This document shows positions 1-10,076 of a stretch of DNA of 64,000 nt, one piece after another. Position 1 is the stretch's first letter. Every line of letters starts with the position of its first letter. The position numbers and the translations under genes were made by a program. The notes below the pieces were generated by a model. It searched no databases, was not told where the DNA came from, and saw only the letters and a list, made by a program, of their open reading frames with translations. The stretch comes from Candidatus Latescibacterota bacterium (lineage in GTDB: Bacteria; Latescibacterota; UBA2968; UBA8231): the NCBI GenBank assembly GCA_965208105.1, contig OZ242318.1:4256001-4320000 (forward strand), written 5' to 3'.

Positions 1-961
1 TGCCGTTGATGCGGGCGCACATGGCTCTGAGCTCCTCCTCCCACTGACGGCGCAGCCCCTCGTCCTGGAGCACCTTGCAGACGATGGCGCCGCCGTGGGC
101 GGGCGGGTTGGAATAGTTGGTGCGGATGCAGATCTTGAGGTGGCTCAGCGCCTTGGCTGCCGCCGATGGGGTTGGCGCAATCAGGGTGAGGGCGCCGATG
201 CGCTCGTTGTAGAGGCCGAAGTTCTTGGAGAAGGAGCTGGCGACGAAGAGTTCGGCTCCCGTGCGGCACAACTCCTGAAGCCCGGCGGTGTCCTCCCCCA
301 ACCCCTCCCCCATTCCATGGTAGGCGAAGTCCACCAGGGGGACGATCCGACGCTCGCCAATGACGGCGGCGATGCGTTTCCACTGGTCGGGGGTCGGGTC
401 GACCCCGGTGGGGTTGTGACAGCAGCCGTGGAGAAGCGCAACGTCTCCGGGGGGAATCTCCATCAGGGCGGACAGCATCCTCTCCAGGTCGAGGCCGTGG
501 GTGGCGTCGTCGTAGTAGGGATAGGTCCTTACCTGGAGGCCCGCGGCCTCGAAGACTTTGGGATGGTTCGCCCAGGTCGGATCGCTGATCCAGAGACGCG
601 CCCGGGGGAAGAGCTTGTGAATGAAATCCGCGGCCACCCGCAGGGCGCCGGTGCCGCCGGGAGTCTGAGAGGTGACGGCGCGCTTGTCGGCGACCACTTC
701 GTGGCCGGCTCCGAAGAGGAGATGCTGTACCGCGGCGGCAAACTCGGGCGGCCCTTCGATGGGAGAATAGTCCTTGGTGGCCTCGTCCTCCAGCAGGCGC
801 TCCTGGGCTTTCCTGACTGCCGCGAAAACCGGAGTGTTGCCCTCGGCGTCTTTGTAGACCCCGACCCCGAGATTGATCTTGTTGGGACGGGGATCCTTCT
901 GGAAGGCTTCGGTGAGTCCGATTATGGGGTCCGGAGGAGCGGTCTCGATTGTTTCGAACAT
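1..961 (-). CDS. aspC: Aspartate/aromatic amino-acid aminotransferase (3' end beyond window start)
   Basis: Manual translation (absent from the ORF track): MFETIETAPPDPIIGLTEAF..KINLGVGVYKD..TPGGTGALR..HGCCHNPTG..DFAYHG..SFSKNFGLYNERIG; class I PLP motifs; ATG at 961. Confidence 0.9.
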   Translation of the reverse strand, partial: MFETIETAPPDPIIGLTEAFQKDPRPNKINLGVGVYKDAEGNTPVFAAVRKAQERLLEDEATKDYSPIEGPPEFAAAVQHLLFGAGHEVVADKRAVTSQTPGGTGALRVAADFIHKLFPRARLWISDPTWANHPKVFEAAGLQVRTYPYYDDATHGLDLERMLSALMEIPPGDVALLHGCCHNPTGVDPTPDQWKRIAAVIGERRIVPLVDFAYHGMGEGLGEDTAGLQELCRTGAELFVASSFSKNFGLYNERIGALTLIAPTPSAAAKALSHLKICIRTNYSNPPAHGGAIVCKVLQDEGLRRQWEEELRAMCARING

Positions 962-1146
962 TGATGATCCCTTGGCGGCGGTGACGAGGGTCCGGGGAGG
1001 CGGCCCCTCCCGGGACCCCCGGCGGGATTTCAGGGCCTTTCGTTCAAGCTGCCGGTCCGCTGTCATCGCCCGGGTCACTCAGGTCCCCTGCGGAATGCGC
1101 CGTGCATCCCGGCAGGAAGCCAGCGTGCACGCACAGGGGAGGGCAA

Positions 1147-1626
1147 TCAGCGCCGGCGCCTGTAGGTGAGGAAATCTAAGCCGTCCTCCGCACGCATGTC
1201 AACGATCTCCCACTCTCGCGGGTCCCAGTCGGGAAAGGTCGTATCGCCTTCCACCTCATCGGGGATTCGGGTGATGAGCATCTCGTCGGTCAGGGGCAGG
1301 GCGAGGCGGTAGACCTGGGCCCCGCCAAGGATGAACATCTTTTCGGCGCGGGCATTCTCGCAGTAATTCCTGGCCTGGCCAAGGGACCGGACCACGAGAA
1401 CCCCGGGGGGAGCCCGGTATTCAGGGTTGCGGCTGAGAACGATGTTCTTGCGCCCCGGCAGAGGACGCTGCTTGAATGACTCGAAGGTCCTGCGTCCGGC
1501 GACGACCGGATGGCCCATGGTGGTGCGGACGAAATGCCGCAGGTCGGCTGGATGGCGCCAGGGTATGGCGCCGTCTCTTCCGATGATGTTGTTCCTGCTC
1601 GTAGCGACGATGATGACCGTCTTCAC
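1147..1626 (-). CDS. folA: Dihydrofolate reductase
   Basis: IIGRDGAIPWRHPADLRHF, GRRTFES..RPLPGRKNIVLSR, ILGGAQVY, EGDTTFP motifs. Confidence 0.95.
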   Translation of the reverse strand: MKTVIIVATSRNNIIGRDGAIPWRHPADLRHFVRTTMGHPVVAGRRTFESFKQRPLPGRKNIVLSRNPEYRAPPGVLVVRSLGQARNYCENARAEKMFILGGAQVYRLALPLTDEMLITRIPDEVEGDTTFPDWDPREWEIVDMRAEDGLDFLTYRRRR

Positions 1627-2366
1627 GATGCCGCCGTTCCAGGATTGAAGAAATGCTCGACCCCTGGGATGCCCGATTGCCTGGCCGCGGCCACGGTGCC
1701 GTTGAAGATCACCTTGCCGGCTTCCAACATGACCAGGGTGCCGTCGAGGCGTTCGATGCTGAGAAGCTCGTGGGTGACGATGACCAGGGTGGTTCCAAGA
1801 CTCCGGTTGATGGTCATGAGCAGGCGGTCGATCCCGGCGGCCGTGAGCGGGTCGAGGCCTGCCCCCGGCTCGTCGCAGAAGAGAATCTCCGGATCAAGGG
1901 CCATTGCCCGGGCAAGAGCGGCGCGCTTCCGCATGCCCCCGGAGAGCTCGCTGGGGTAGAGGCCGAAGGCGTGATCCAGGCCAACCAGGTGGAGGCGGGT
2001 GCGGACGATTTCTTCGACCAGACCCCGGTCCAGGCGGGCGTGCATTTCCAGGGGCAGGGCGATGTTGTCGCCCACGGTCAGGGAGTTGAGGAGGGCGCCG
2101 TATTGAAACATTACCCCCATGCGCCGCAGCAGGGCGTCCCGCTCCGACTCGTGAAGCTCCAGGGGGTTCTGCCCCAGCAACTCGACGTGCCCGGACAGGG
2201 GCTGCACCAGCCCGATTAGAGTCTTGAGCAGAGTGCTCTTGCCGCAGCCGCTGCCGCCGAGAATGACGGCGATTTCCCCTTTCTCGACGCACATGTCGAC
2301 GCCGTCGAGGACCAGATTGCCGCCGTAGCCGACCCGAAGTCCGGCGATGTCGATTACATGGCCCAT
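1623..2366 (-). CDS. mlaF: MCE/Mla-type ABC transporter ATP-binding protein (MlaF-like)
   Basis: Walker A GGSGCGKST, LSGGMRKRAALARA, ILFCDEP..GLDP; start re-called at MGHVIDI (2366). Confidence 0.88.
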   Translation of the reverse strand: MGHVIDIAGLRVGYGGNLVLDGVDMCVEKGEIAVILGGSGCGKSTLLKTLIGLVQPLSGHVELLGQNPLELHESERDALLRRMGVMFQYGALLNSLTVGDNIALPLEMHARLDRGLVEEIVRTRLHLVGLDHAFGLYPSELSGGMRKRAALARAMALDPEILFCDEPGAGLDPLTAAGIDRLLMTINRSLGTTLVIVTHELLSIERLDGTLVMLEAGKVIFNGTVAAARQSGIPGVEHFFNPGTAAS

Positions 2367-2385
2367 AGCAGGCAGACCGATTTCC

Positions 2386-3510
2386 TCAACCCATGTAGAA
2401 AACAAGACCCCAGAAGGAGTCCAGGATGATGATGCCGAAGATGGAAGTGACCACGGAGGAAGTGGTCGCTTGGCCGACCCCGGCCGCACCCCCGCTGAAG
2501 CCGAGGCCTCGGTGGACGGCGATGAGGGTGACGATCCAGGCAAAGGACAGGCTCTTGGCCAGCCCTGTGACGATGTCCTTGATCACCAGGGCATCGAGGA
2601 CCTGGGAGACGAAGGCCACGGGGGCAACTTCGAGATAGGTGATGCCGATGAGGATGCCGCCGACTATGCCCATGAAGTCGGCCATGATCGTAAGCAGGGG
2701 CACGCACAGCATCATTGCCCACAGCTTGGGAACCGCCACGAAGCGCAGGGGATCGAGGGCCATGGTCCGCAGCGCATCCAATTCCTCCGTGAACTTCATG
2801 GTGGCCACCTCGGCGGCGATGGCCGAGCCGCTGCGGCCGGAAACCACGATGGCCGTCATCAGGGGACCCAGTTCGCGGCAGATGCCGATGGCCAGAAGGT
2901 CGGCCACGTAGATATTCGCTCCGAACTTGCGCAGTTGGGCGGCGGCCTGCAGGGCGGATACCGCCCCGATCAGAAAGAGGATCAGGGCAATGATGGGCAG
3001 CCCCTGTGAGCCGATGGCAACCGCTTGGTCGACAAAGCTGCCGCGGCGAATTCCGCCGCGGCGGAAGAGGGAGGCGCCGGCCGCCCAGGTAAGGTCGGCT
3101 GCGAGGAAGAGAAAGGCGCCCATGCGCCCGTACGTGAAGTGCATCCACGAGCCCAGCGCTTCGAGGCGGCCTCCGGTGGTGGGTTGGCGTGGCGTGTCTC
3201 GGCGTGGTGGTGCGCCGAAGAAATCGAAGAATGGGCGAAGATCTGGAGGAAGGGAGGTCAGTGACACTTCCTTGCCGAACTGCCTGCCGAGTTCGGGAAG
3301 GCGGCGCAGGAAGACCGCGCCGGCAGTATCCAGCCGCGTTACCTGGCTGAGGTCGGCCTGCAGCTCGGAACGAGGGTTGGTGATGAGCAACTCTCTGGCC
3401 TTTGCCTCGGCCGGGGCTATGGTATCGAGGGTCAGTTCGCCGCAGAAGCGCAATTCCCCGCCGCTGCTCTCCACTTGGAGGGCGGGCGGGCGGTCAGAGG
3501 AGGTAGACAA
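2386..3510 (-). CDS. mlaE: MlaE-family permease with N-terminal STAS (MlaB-like) domain
   Basis: DLSQVTRLDTAG STAS motif; RELGPLMTAIVVSGRSGSAIAAE, EELDALRTM, VGQATTSSVV. Confidence 0.92.
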   Translation of the reverse strand: MSTSSDRPPALQVESSGGELRFCGELTLDTIAPAEAKARELLITNPRSELQADLSQVTRLDTAGAVFLRRLPELGRQFGKEVSLTSLPPDLRPFFDFFGAPPRRDTPRQPTTGGRLEALGSWMHFTYGRMGAFLFLAADLTWAAGASLFRRGGIRRGSFVDQAVAIGSQGLPIIALILFLIGAVSALQAAAQLRKFGANIYVADLLAIGICRELGPLMTAIVVSGRSGSAIAAEVATMKFTEELDALRTMALDPLRFVAVPKLWAMMLCVPLLTIMADFMGIVGGILIGITYLEVAPVAFVSQVLDALVIKDIVTGLAKSLSFAWIVTLIAVHRGLGFSGGAAGVGQATTSSVVTSIFGIIILDSFWGLVFYMG

Positions 3511-5011
3511 AGCGCAAAAGCACCTGTTCTCTTGATTGAAGCCGCTTGATATCCTTGTCGCGCTTGAGATCGACGACGATGTCCATGTTGACGTAGCGCG
3601 ACAGGACGAGTCGAAAACGGTTTTCCCAGTTCAAATCCCAGGAACCGGTATTGAAGGAAGGCATGAGTATGTCGAACTCGGAGTCGAGACTGGCGAAGCG
3701 GCTGAGGCGCGCATCCATGACCAGCAGGGCCTCGAACCCGGTGCTGGAGCTGTTCTCCAGAATCCGGACACTGCTTCTGTCGGTGCTGAGAGCGAAGGTG
3801 TCCGAGACGTAGGTCTGGCGCGCGCCCAGGCCGACGCGCAGGTCCACGTTGACCGGAAAGCTGCGGATGAGCTGGGAATTGATGCCTATTCCCTGGCGCA
3901 GGTGCAGGGGGTTCAGGGACGGCGAGAGGGTGAATTCGGTGACCCCTGTCAGGATCTCGGTGGTATCGCCCTTGGCGTCTATCCTGTGAAGGGTGCGGGG
4001 ATTGTCATAGAGAACCTCCGAGGCCAGGAGTTTCGTGTTGAGCACGCCGCGCAAATAAGGACCAATTCCGACGAGGAGGCGGTAGATGTAGGTCCCGCGG
4101 ACTTCGAGCTCATCAATGGATTTGCGGAAGGCCCGGCTTTCCTCCTTGGTGAGTCCTTCTTCGAGGATGAGGCGAAGGATGAAGAGGTGGCGCTCGGAGT
4201 TGTAGCGGCTGCGCTGCAGTACCTGTCCCGAGAAGGAGATGCTTGCGCGGTCCTCGCCGGTGGTATTCTGGGAGGTGTTGAAAAGGGTCGAGCCGCTCAA
4301 TTCCCAAGAAGACTTCCAGTGAGAGCCGAGTTGGCTCGTGCGCAGCTGGGAACTCTGGGGATAAAAGCCGACGAAGTTGCCGGTCTGTGTATCCACCACC
4401 AGGTTGCGCTGGACCAGTTCGCCGGGCTCGAGCCGTACGCTGAATTTGCGCGTGGTGGAAATGTTGTCTCCGACGCGGACGACCTCGTATACTCCCGGGG
4501 GCAACAGCCAGGTGCGCACGCTCTCACCGCGCTCTTCCTCGACCCCGAAGCCGATGCCGTAGTTCTCCTGGTTGCTCAAGCCGAAGAGCTCGTATGAGTC
4601 GTTGGTCGAAGTTCTATTCTGATCGATGACGTCGATTACGAGGCCGGACCAAACCGGCTTCATCAGGGTGGTGTAGCCTTCGACGACCTCCACCTTGCGG
4701 CGCACCATCTGGTCCATGGAGCCCGAACCGATCATGACCTTGTAGATCCCGGGGGAAAGCAGGACCCCGGAGCCGGTAGTCGCTTCGGCGATTTCGCGTC
4801 CTTTCTGGAAGACCAGGAAGGTGGGCTCACTGGGCGAACTGGTCATTGTGGGAACGAACAGCATGCCCTTGCCTTTTGGGATCAGGGTGGGATCCAGCTC
4901 GAGCTGGCCGCGGGTCGGGACGGCGATCCAGGTGCTCTCGTCGGCGCTGAGAGCTGGAGCGCATATCAGCACGAGGAGGAGGTGGGACAAATAGCGCAGT
5001 TCCATGGTCAT
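3494..5011 (-). CDS. Hypothetical exported protein, probably with a C-terminal outer-membrane beta-barrel
   Basis: Signal peptide (LLLVLICAPALSA); amphipathic beta-strand pattern in the C-terminal half ending LLRFVYLL; embedded in the MCE operon. Confidence 0.7.
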   Translation of the reverse strand: MTMELRYLSHLLLVLICAPALSADESTWIAVPTRGQLELDPTLIPKGKGMLFVPTMTSSPSEPTFLVFQKGREIAEATTGSGVLLSPGIYKVMIGSGSMDQMVRRKVEVVEGYTTLMKPVWSGLVIDVIDQNRTSTNDSYELFGLSNQENYGIGFGVEEERGESVRTWLLPPGVYEVVRVGDNISTTRKFSVRLEPGELVQRNLVVDTQTGNFVGFYPQSSQLRTSQLGSHWKSSWELSGSTLFNTSQNTTGEDRASISFSGQVLQRSRYNSERHLFILRLILEEGLTKEESRAFRKSIDELEVRGTYIYRLLVGIGPYLRGVLNTKLLASEVLYDNPRTLHRIDAKGDTTEILTGVTEFTLSPSLNPLHLRQGIGINSQLIRSFPVNVDLRVGLGARQTYVSDTFALSTDRSSVRILENSSSTGFEALLVMDARLSRFASLDSEFDILMPSFNTGSWDLNWENRFRLVLSRYVNMDIVVDLKRDKDIKRLQSREQVLLRFVYLL

Positions 5012-5027
5012 CCGTGCTCCCGGGATC

Positions 5028-5816
5028 TCAGGGGGAGAGTTTGCCTGGAATCAGTTCGTAGTCGGGACTTGCCTGACGATCCGGCCCGGTGGTGTCCGCC
5101 GCGGTTTCCTGAATGGAAGTGTCCAGGAGAGTGGGAAGTTCGATGAGCGGCCGGCCTTCCTGCTGGCGCTTCAATTTGAGGAGTACCAGGTCAATTTCGT
5201 AGATGTATTTTTCCATCTGCTGGCGCAGTATTTCGCGCAGGGCCTGGATTATGTAGACCATCCCGGGATTGTAAACCTGCCTTTCCTCATCGAAGTCTCT
5301 GCGCCAGATCACGTTGGAATCCTTGGCATCCACCAGCTGCATGGACATGGACAGGCGCGCAAACCACAGGTCGCCGCTGTCGTAGCGCTCGATGGCCTTG
5401 ACCGCCCCACTCAATTTGTAGTCGGGCCGATCCTCCAGGAAGTTGCGGTCCAGCTGGGTGAAGAGGGAGGCATTGTCGAAGTACTGCTCTATGGTGTCCG
5501 TGATCATGTCGGGAGGACGCACGGCCCAGATGTGGCGCTTGTCGAAGCGGATTTCCAGCTCGCTGCGGCGAAAGACGATTTCGTTGCGGTTGTAGGCGCG
5601 CGAGACATTGAAGGGTTCCAGCTCCACCACGGCGGAATAGGGGCGCTCGGACTCCTTGAGGTAACGCCGGATGGGCTCGGCCTCGATGAGGTAGAGCCGG
5701 CTCTGGCGGATCTCCGCCTTGCCTCCCAGCATCTGGGAACAGGAGACGATGGCCGTGACCGCGGCGAGGCCGAGGCCTGTAACTCCTGCGCGCACGAGCT
5801 TCCGCCGTTCACTCAC
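5028..5816 (-). CDS. PqiC-like ABC-type transport auxiliary lipoprotein
   Basis: Lipobox-like AIVSC; YNRNEIVFR..HIWAVRPPDMI..LSGAVKAIE pattern; adjacent to MlaD. Confidence 0.8.
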   Translation of the reverse strand: MSERRKLVRAGVTGLGLAAVTAIVSCSQMLGGKAEIRQSRLYLIEAEPIRRYLKESERPYSAVVELEPFNVSRAYNRNEIVFRRSELEIRFDKRHIWAVRPPDMITDTIEQYFDNASLFTQLDRNFLEDRPDYKLSGAVKAIERYDSGDLWFARLSMSMQLVDAKDSNVIWRRDFDEERQVYNPGMVYIIQALREILRQQMEKYIYEIDLVLLKLKRQQEGRPLIELPTLLDTSIQETAADTTGPDRQASPDYELIPGKLSP

Positions 5817-6774
5817 GACTTCCTCCGCGGATGAGGACGGCGGGATTCTCGCGGATGATCTCGGTTATCTCACGCACATTCTGCAGGGTCTCCTCAAGGT
5901 CCTGCATGGCGCGGAGCACGTTGACCCTGCTCTGCACCACTGTGCGATCGATGTGGGTGAAAGTCTGGTCTATGGTGGTGAACATGGTGTCCATCCGGGC
6001 GATCAGCGCAGGAAGCGGGCTTTCCAGCTGGTGGCGCAACTGGGACGCGGCGACCTGGACGTCTTCGGCCGTGCCTTCCACCACGAGCATCTGATGCAGG
6101 GAGTCCATGGTTCCCTCGAAACTGGCGGTGGCGCCGGCGAGGGAACGCGTGGTCGATGCAAGGTTTTCGAAGGTTGCGTTCAGGGGAGCGCGGTTCTCCT
6201 TGACCAGGAGGTTGGCGTTTTCCATCAGTTCTCCCGCCTGGGTCAGGGCGCGGGTGAACTGGCGCCGGTTCTCGTCTCCGGTGAGCAGGATGACGTTGTT
6301 GAGGGTCTGCTCTATTTTCCGGGTGAGAACGTCGGCGCGCTCCTCGAGGTTGGAGAGGAAGGAGTCGCTCGCACGGATCCGCGAGCCGGGGGGGAGGATG
6401 TCCGCATCCTGGCTGCCCGCAATGAGTTCGATGTATTTCAGGCCGGTGATGCCCTGGTTGTAAATGCTTGCCTCGGTATCCGCGCGGATGGCATTGGGCA
6501 CCCTGTCCGGATCGACCGTGATTTCCACCACCACCGTGGTGACGCTGGTGGGAGAGATATATGTATTTTCGACCCGGCCGACCTTTATTCCCTGGTATTT
6601 GACCGCGGCTCCCTGGTTCAGACCACCCACCGATATGTCTTCGAATTCGACGATGTAGCCGTGGCGGTCTTCGAGCAGGTGGGAGCCGGCGACCACTATA
6701 AGGAAAACGATGAGAATGCCGGCGGAAACGATGAAGAAGAGGGCGAGGCGCCGCTTCTGAGCTGGGGTAGCCAT
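5809..6774 (-). CDS. mlaD: MlaD/MCE-family protein with helical C-terminus
   Basis: N-terminal TM; SVGGLNQGAAVKYQGIKVGRV..QGITGLKYIEL; C-terminal ENPAVLIRG. Confidence 0.9.
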   Translation of the reverse strand: MATPAQKRRLALFFIVSAGILIVFLIVVAGSHLLEDRHGYIVEFEDISVGGLNQGAAVKYQGIKVGRVENTYISPTSVTTVVVEITVDPDRVPNAIRADTEASIYNQGITGLKYIELIAGSQDADILPPGSRIRASDSFLSNLEERADVLTRKIEQTLNNVILLTGDENRRQFTRALTQAGELMENANLLVKENRAPLNATFENLASTTRSLAGATASFEGTMDSLHQMLVVEGTAEDVQVAASQLRHQLESPLPALIARMDTMFTTIDQTFTHIDRTVVQSRVNVLRAMQDLEETLQNVREITEIIRENPAVLIRGGSRE

Positions 6775-7158
6775 GCTTAAGGAGGACGTATCGGCAAAGG
6801 TGGAACCTGTTGGAGGTCAGAATATGATCAATCAGACATACTTTATCAAGGGCGCGGGAGGTGGTATGGGAGAAGCGGCCGGACGAGTCATTGGCGCAGT
6901 CTTTCGGTCGGTGGGCGGGGTTGTGCCGGGTGCTGATTGGGGGCGGGGATTTTACCCCTCCGTTGCCGGGCCACGGAGATGATCGTATTTTACCCCTCTC
7001 CAGGCAGGTCGCGGATTGACAGTGATTCGGGGAGGATGCCGACCTGGTTGGCGAGGCGCGGGTGCCCATCACCGGGACCGAACGGGAAGGAAACCGGGCA
7101 GGAGTGAGGGAGCCATGGGTGGGGAATCGCACCTGCGCCCGGCGAATCATTTGGGGAT

Positions 7159-7326
7159 CTAGTGTCCCGTCGCAGAAATATGTCGACATTATTCCGCCGA
7201 TCCATCCCAGCTCACGGCGTTGCCTTCACTCGCCGTACACCACTGGTACGGCTCGCTCAGGCGCCTTGTGCGCCGGGCGCCTCGGCGGCCCAATTTCGTC
7301 AACCTATCTCTGCGTCGGAACACCAG
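7159..7326 (+). mobile_element. 168-bp MITE-like element, copy A (right end degenerate)
   Basis: CTAGTGTCCCGTCGCAGAAATA...TATCTCTGCGTCGGAACACCAG; close match to 39046-39213 and 40437-40604. Confidence 0.85.
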
Positions 7327-7339
7327 CGCAGGGGGTGCA

Positions 7340-7564
7340 ATGTCGAAGACGAAGAAACCAGTTGAGCAGAGAGCGGGGACCCCGGCCAGCGACCAGGAGG
7401 ATCTGCGCGCTGCCCTGATCGGGCAGGTCGTCCATCCCTATATCGAGGGACAGAAATTGCAGTCGGAAAGGCCGTCGAAGCCGGGTCCGGCGCCTGACGT
7501 TGGGGCGGGGCGCGAGCGCTCTCCCCGTGCCCAGGGAAGCCCCCATCGGATTCGACATCGATAG
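7340..7564 (+). CDS. Small hypothetical protein (74 aa)
   Basis: ATG after GGGGG; MSKTKKPVEQ..; precedes the FAR operon; no family recognised. Confidence 0.35.
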   Translation: MSKTKKPVEQRAGTPASDQEDLRAALIGQVVHPYIEGQKLQSERPSKPGPAPDVGAGRERSPRAQGSPHRIRHR

Positions 7565-7642
7565 GCAGGCCGGGTGCTTCCGCCCAGGCTCGAGGTCGGT
7601 CTTCAGCCAGGGCACAGTGCTCCGGCCTGACACACTTTCTCT

Positions 7643-9304
7643 ATGGCGGATATCAGAGGATTCTACAGCGACCGAACCGTACTGCTGACGGGGGTCACCG
7701 GTTTTTTGGGCAAGGGGATCGCGTCGAAGATTCTGCGCGACCTCCCGGGGGTCCGCCGGCTCTACGTTCTGATCCGCAGCCACAGGCAGCCGGATGGCTC
7801 ATCCGTGCCGGTGGATGAGCGTCTTGAAAAGGAATTCTTCGCCACCAGCGTATTCGACCGCTTCAGGGAGTCCGAACCCGACGGCTACGCTGCAATCCGC
7901 GCCAGGACGGAGGCAGTCAGCGGCGATATCCTGGAGCCCCGCCTGGGGATTGAAGCCGCGGTCTACGCGCAGTTGAAAGCCGAGGTGGACCTGGTCATCA
8001 ACAGCGCCGCCGCGGTGGACTTCGACGCTGCTCTCGATAAATCCCTCGAGCTCAATACCCTGGGGCCGCAGCGGGTCCTGGAGTTCGTCCACGACTGCCG
8101 GCAGGGCACCGTTCTGGTCCAGGTCTCCACCGCCTACGTGAACGGCAGGCGCTCGGGCTCCATTCCCGAAGCTCCCCTTCCCGTGGACCGCACCATCGCC
8201 CAGTTGATGCGGACCGAGCCGCCGTCGCGGCCCTTCGATCCGGAGGAAGAGGTCGCCGCCTGCCGCGCTTGTTGCGATCGGATCTACGAGCAGGCCGAAG
8301 GCGAGGCCCGGCAAGTGGAGTTTCGCCGGCAGGTGCTGGACCAGAACGGCGGGCGCTCCCTTTCGGAGACGCGCATGGCCAAGCTCGTGAACGGCCGCTC
8401 CAGGCGCTGGATCGAGACCAGGCTGGTGGAGGAGGGAATGCGCCGCGCCAGCGCCTACGGCTGCAACGACATCTATACCTTTACCAAGGCACTGGGCGAG
8501 CAGATGCTTGTCAAGCACCGCGGTTCTGCGCCCCTGGTGATCGTGCGGCCAAGTATAATCGAGGGCAGTCTGGAGGACCCCGAGCCAGGATGGATCAGCG
8601 GTCTCAAGGTCGGCGACCCCCTGGTCGTCGCCTATGGCCGGGGTCTGCTGCACGACTTCCCCGCGCGGCCCGACGTGCCCATAGACATGATTCCGGTCGA
8701 TCTGGTCGTCAATGCGGTGCTGGCCTCCGCCACCCATGCAGACCGCGACGAGGTGGGCGTCTTCCACGTGGCCACCAGCGCCGAGAACCCGCTGCTCAAC
8801 GCCACCATGTTTTCCTATGTCAGAGAGTACTTTCTCAGCAACCCCTTGCGCACCAGGGATGGAGGAACTCCCGCGCTGCCGCGTTTGACCCTGCCGAGCC
8901 GGCGCAAGTTCAATACCCTTATCCGCGTAAAATACCTGATTCCCCTGGCCGCCCTGAGGTGGCTGCTGGAGCGGCTGCCCAGGCGATGGGCGCCGGCGCA
9001 AAAGAAGCGCAGATTGAACGCGCTCCGGACCCGGCTCAAGCGAGTGCTCTACTATACCGAGCTATTCAGCCCCTATACCTTTCTCGACTGCCGTTTCGAG
9101 GTCTCCCGGCTGCGCTCCCTCTTCGATTCCCTGTCCGCCGAAGAGCGGCGCATCTTCAACATGGACGTGCGCCGGATCCGATGGCCGGAGTACTACAAGG
9201 AGATCCACCTTCCCGGACTGAGAAAACACGTGCTGAAGGAAGAGAGCGAGGACGACCCGCTGTTGCAGGAGTCCTCCGCAACAGCGCTAAACTCCAGGAC
9301 CTGA
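7643..9304 (+). CDS. Fatty acyl-CoA reductase (extended SDR, NAD_binding_4 plus C-terminal sterile domain)
   Basis: LLTGVTGFLGK, VINSAAAVDF, VQVSTAYVNG, YTFTKALGE, IVRPSII..PEPGW, DMIPVDLVVN; C-terminal GLRKHVLKE. Confidence 0.9.
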   Translation: MADIRGFYSDRTVLLTGVTGFLGKGIASKILRDLPGVRRLYVLIRSHRQPDGSSVPVDERLEKEFFATSVFDRFRESEPDGYAAIRARTEAVSGDILEPRLGIEAAVYAQLKAEVDLVINSAAAVDFDAALDKSLELNTLGPQRVLEFVHDCRQGTVLVQVSTAYVNGRRSGSIPEAPLPVDRTIAQLMRTEPPSRPFDPEEEVAACRACCDRIYEQAEGEARQVEFRRQVLDQNGGRSLSETRMAKLVNGRSRRWIETRLVEEGMRRASAYGCNDIYTFTKALGEQMLVKHRGSAPLVIVRPSIIEGSLEDPEPGWISGLKVGDPLVVAYGRGLLHDFPARPDVPIDMIPVDLVVNAVLASATHADRDEVGVFHVATSAENPLLNATMFSYVREYFLSNPLRTRDGGTPALPRLTLPSRRKFNTLIRVKYLIPLAALRWLLERLPRRWAPAQKKRRLNALRTRLKRVLYYTELFSPYTFLDCRFEVSRLRSLFDSLSAEERRIFNMDVRRIRWPEYYKEIHLPGLRKHVLKEESEDDPLLQESSATALNSRT

Positions 9305-9313
9305 GCCCATCCC

Positions 9314-10075
9314 ATGTACCCTTACCTGTTCGAGATCGGTCCAGTAACCATAGCCAGCTTCGGCACCATGGTGGCCCTGGGATTTCTGGCGGCCCTCCTG
9401 GTGCTGAAAAAGGATTTGCTCCGCAAGGGAATCGACGGCGACCTGGCCGGGTCGATAATCACTGCCGGCATGCTGGGGGGACTGGCCGGCGCCAAGCTCT
9501 ATTTCATCCTCTTCGAGGCGCCCCACAACACGACCTGGAAGCAGACCTTCGGCGCGGTTTTTTCGGGGAGTGGGCTGACCTGGTACGGGGGTTTCATCGT
9601 CGCAGCCGCCGTGACCTGCTGGATCATAAGGCGCCGGGGAGCCCCCTTTCTCCAGGTGGCGGACAGCATGGGACCGGCCCTGGCCCTGGGCTATGCCATC
9701 GGGCGCATCGGGTGCCAGCTCGCCGGAGACGGAGACTATGGAATCCCCACCAGTCTGCCCTGGGGGATGGCTTATCCCGACGGCGTGGTCCCCACCTTTG
9801 AAAAGGTGCATCCCGCCCCGGTCTATGAGACCTTGACAGGACTGGGGATCTTTGCCGTTCTGTGGTCGACCCGCAGGCGTCTCGCAACCCCCGGTCTTTC
9901 CTTTTGCCTCTACCTTGTCCTCGCCGGCATCGGCCGCTTCCTGGTGGAGTTCATCCGCCTCAATCCCAAGGTGCTCTGGGGGTTGACCGACGCCCAATTG
10001 CTCAGCCTCGCCATGGCGGTCGCCGGCATGGCAGGGGGAGCAAGGCTGCTCCGAAGCCACCTGCGGGTGGGTTGA
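9314..10075 (+). CDS. lgt: Prolipoprotein diacylglyceryl transferase
   Basis: [48 protein letters not shown]. Confidence 0.93.
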   Translation: MYPYLFEIGPVTIASFGTMVALGFLAALLVLKKDLLRKGIDGDLAGSIITAGMLGGLAGAKLYFILFEAPHNTTWKQTFGAVFSGSGLTWYGGFIVAAAVTCWIIRRRGAPFLQVADSMGPALALGYAIGRIGCQLAGDGDYGIPTSLPWGMAYPDGVVPTFEKVHPAPVYETLTGLGIFAVLWSTRRRLATPGLSFCLYLVLAGIGRFLVEFIRLNPKVLWGLTDAQLLSLAMAVAGMAGGARLLRSHLRVG

Positions 10076-10076
10076 A

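Noticed and set aside
95-964. 289-aa + strand ORF
   Set aside because: Antisense shadow of the minus-strand aminotransferase; the many long overlapping ORFs in the track are similar high-GC artefacts.
6949-6998. 12-bp direct repeat ATTTTACCCCTC in a divergent intergenic region
   Set aside because: Only two copies and no recognisable regulator.
9068-9080. CCTATAC inside the FAR gene
   Set aside because: Coding context without the upstream CTTGAC/AAAAGG elements; chance match.
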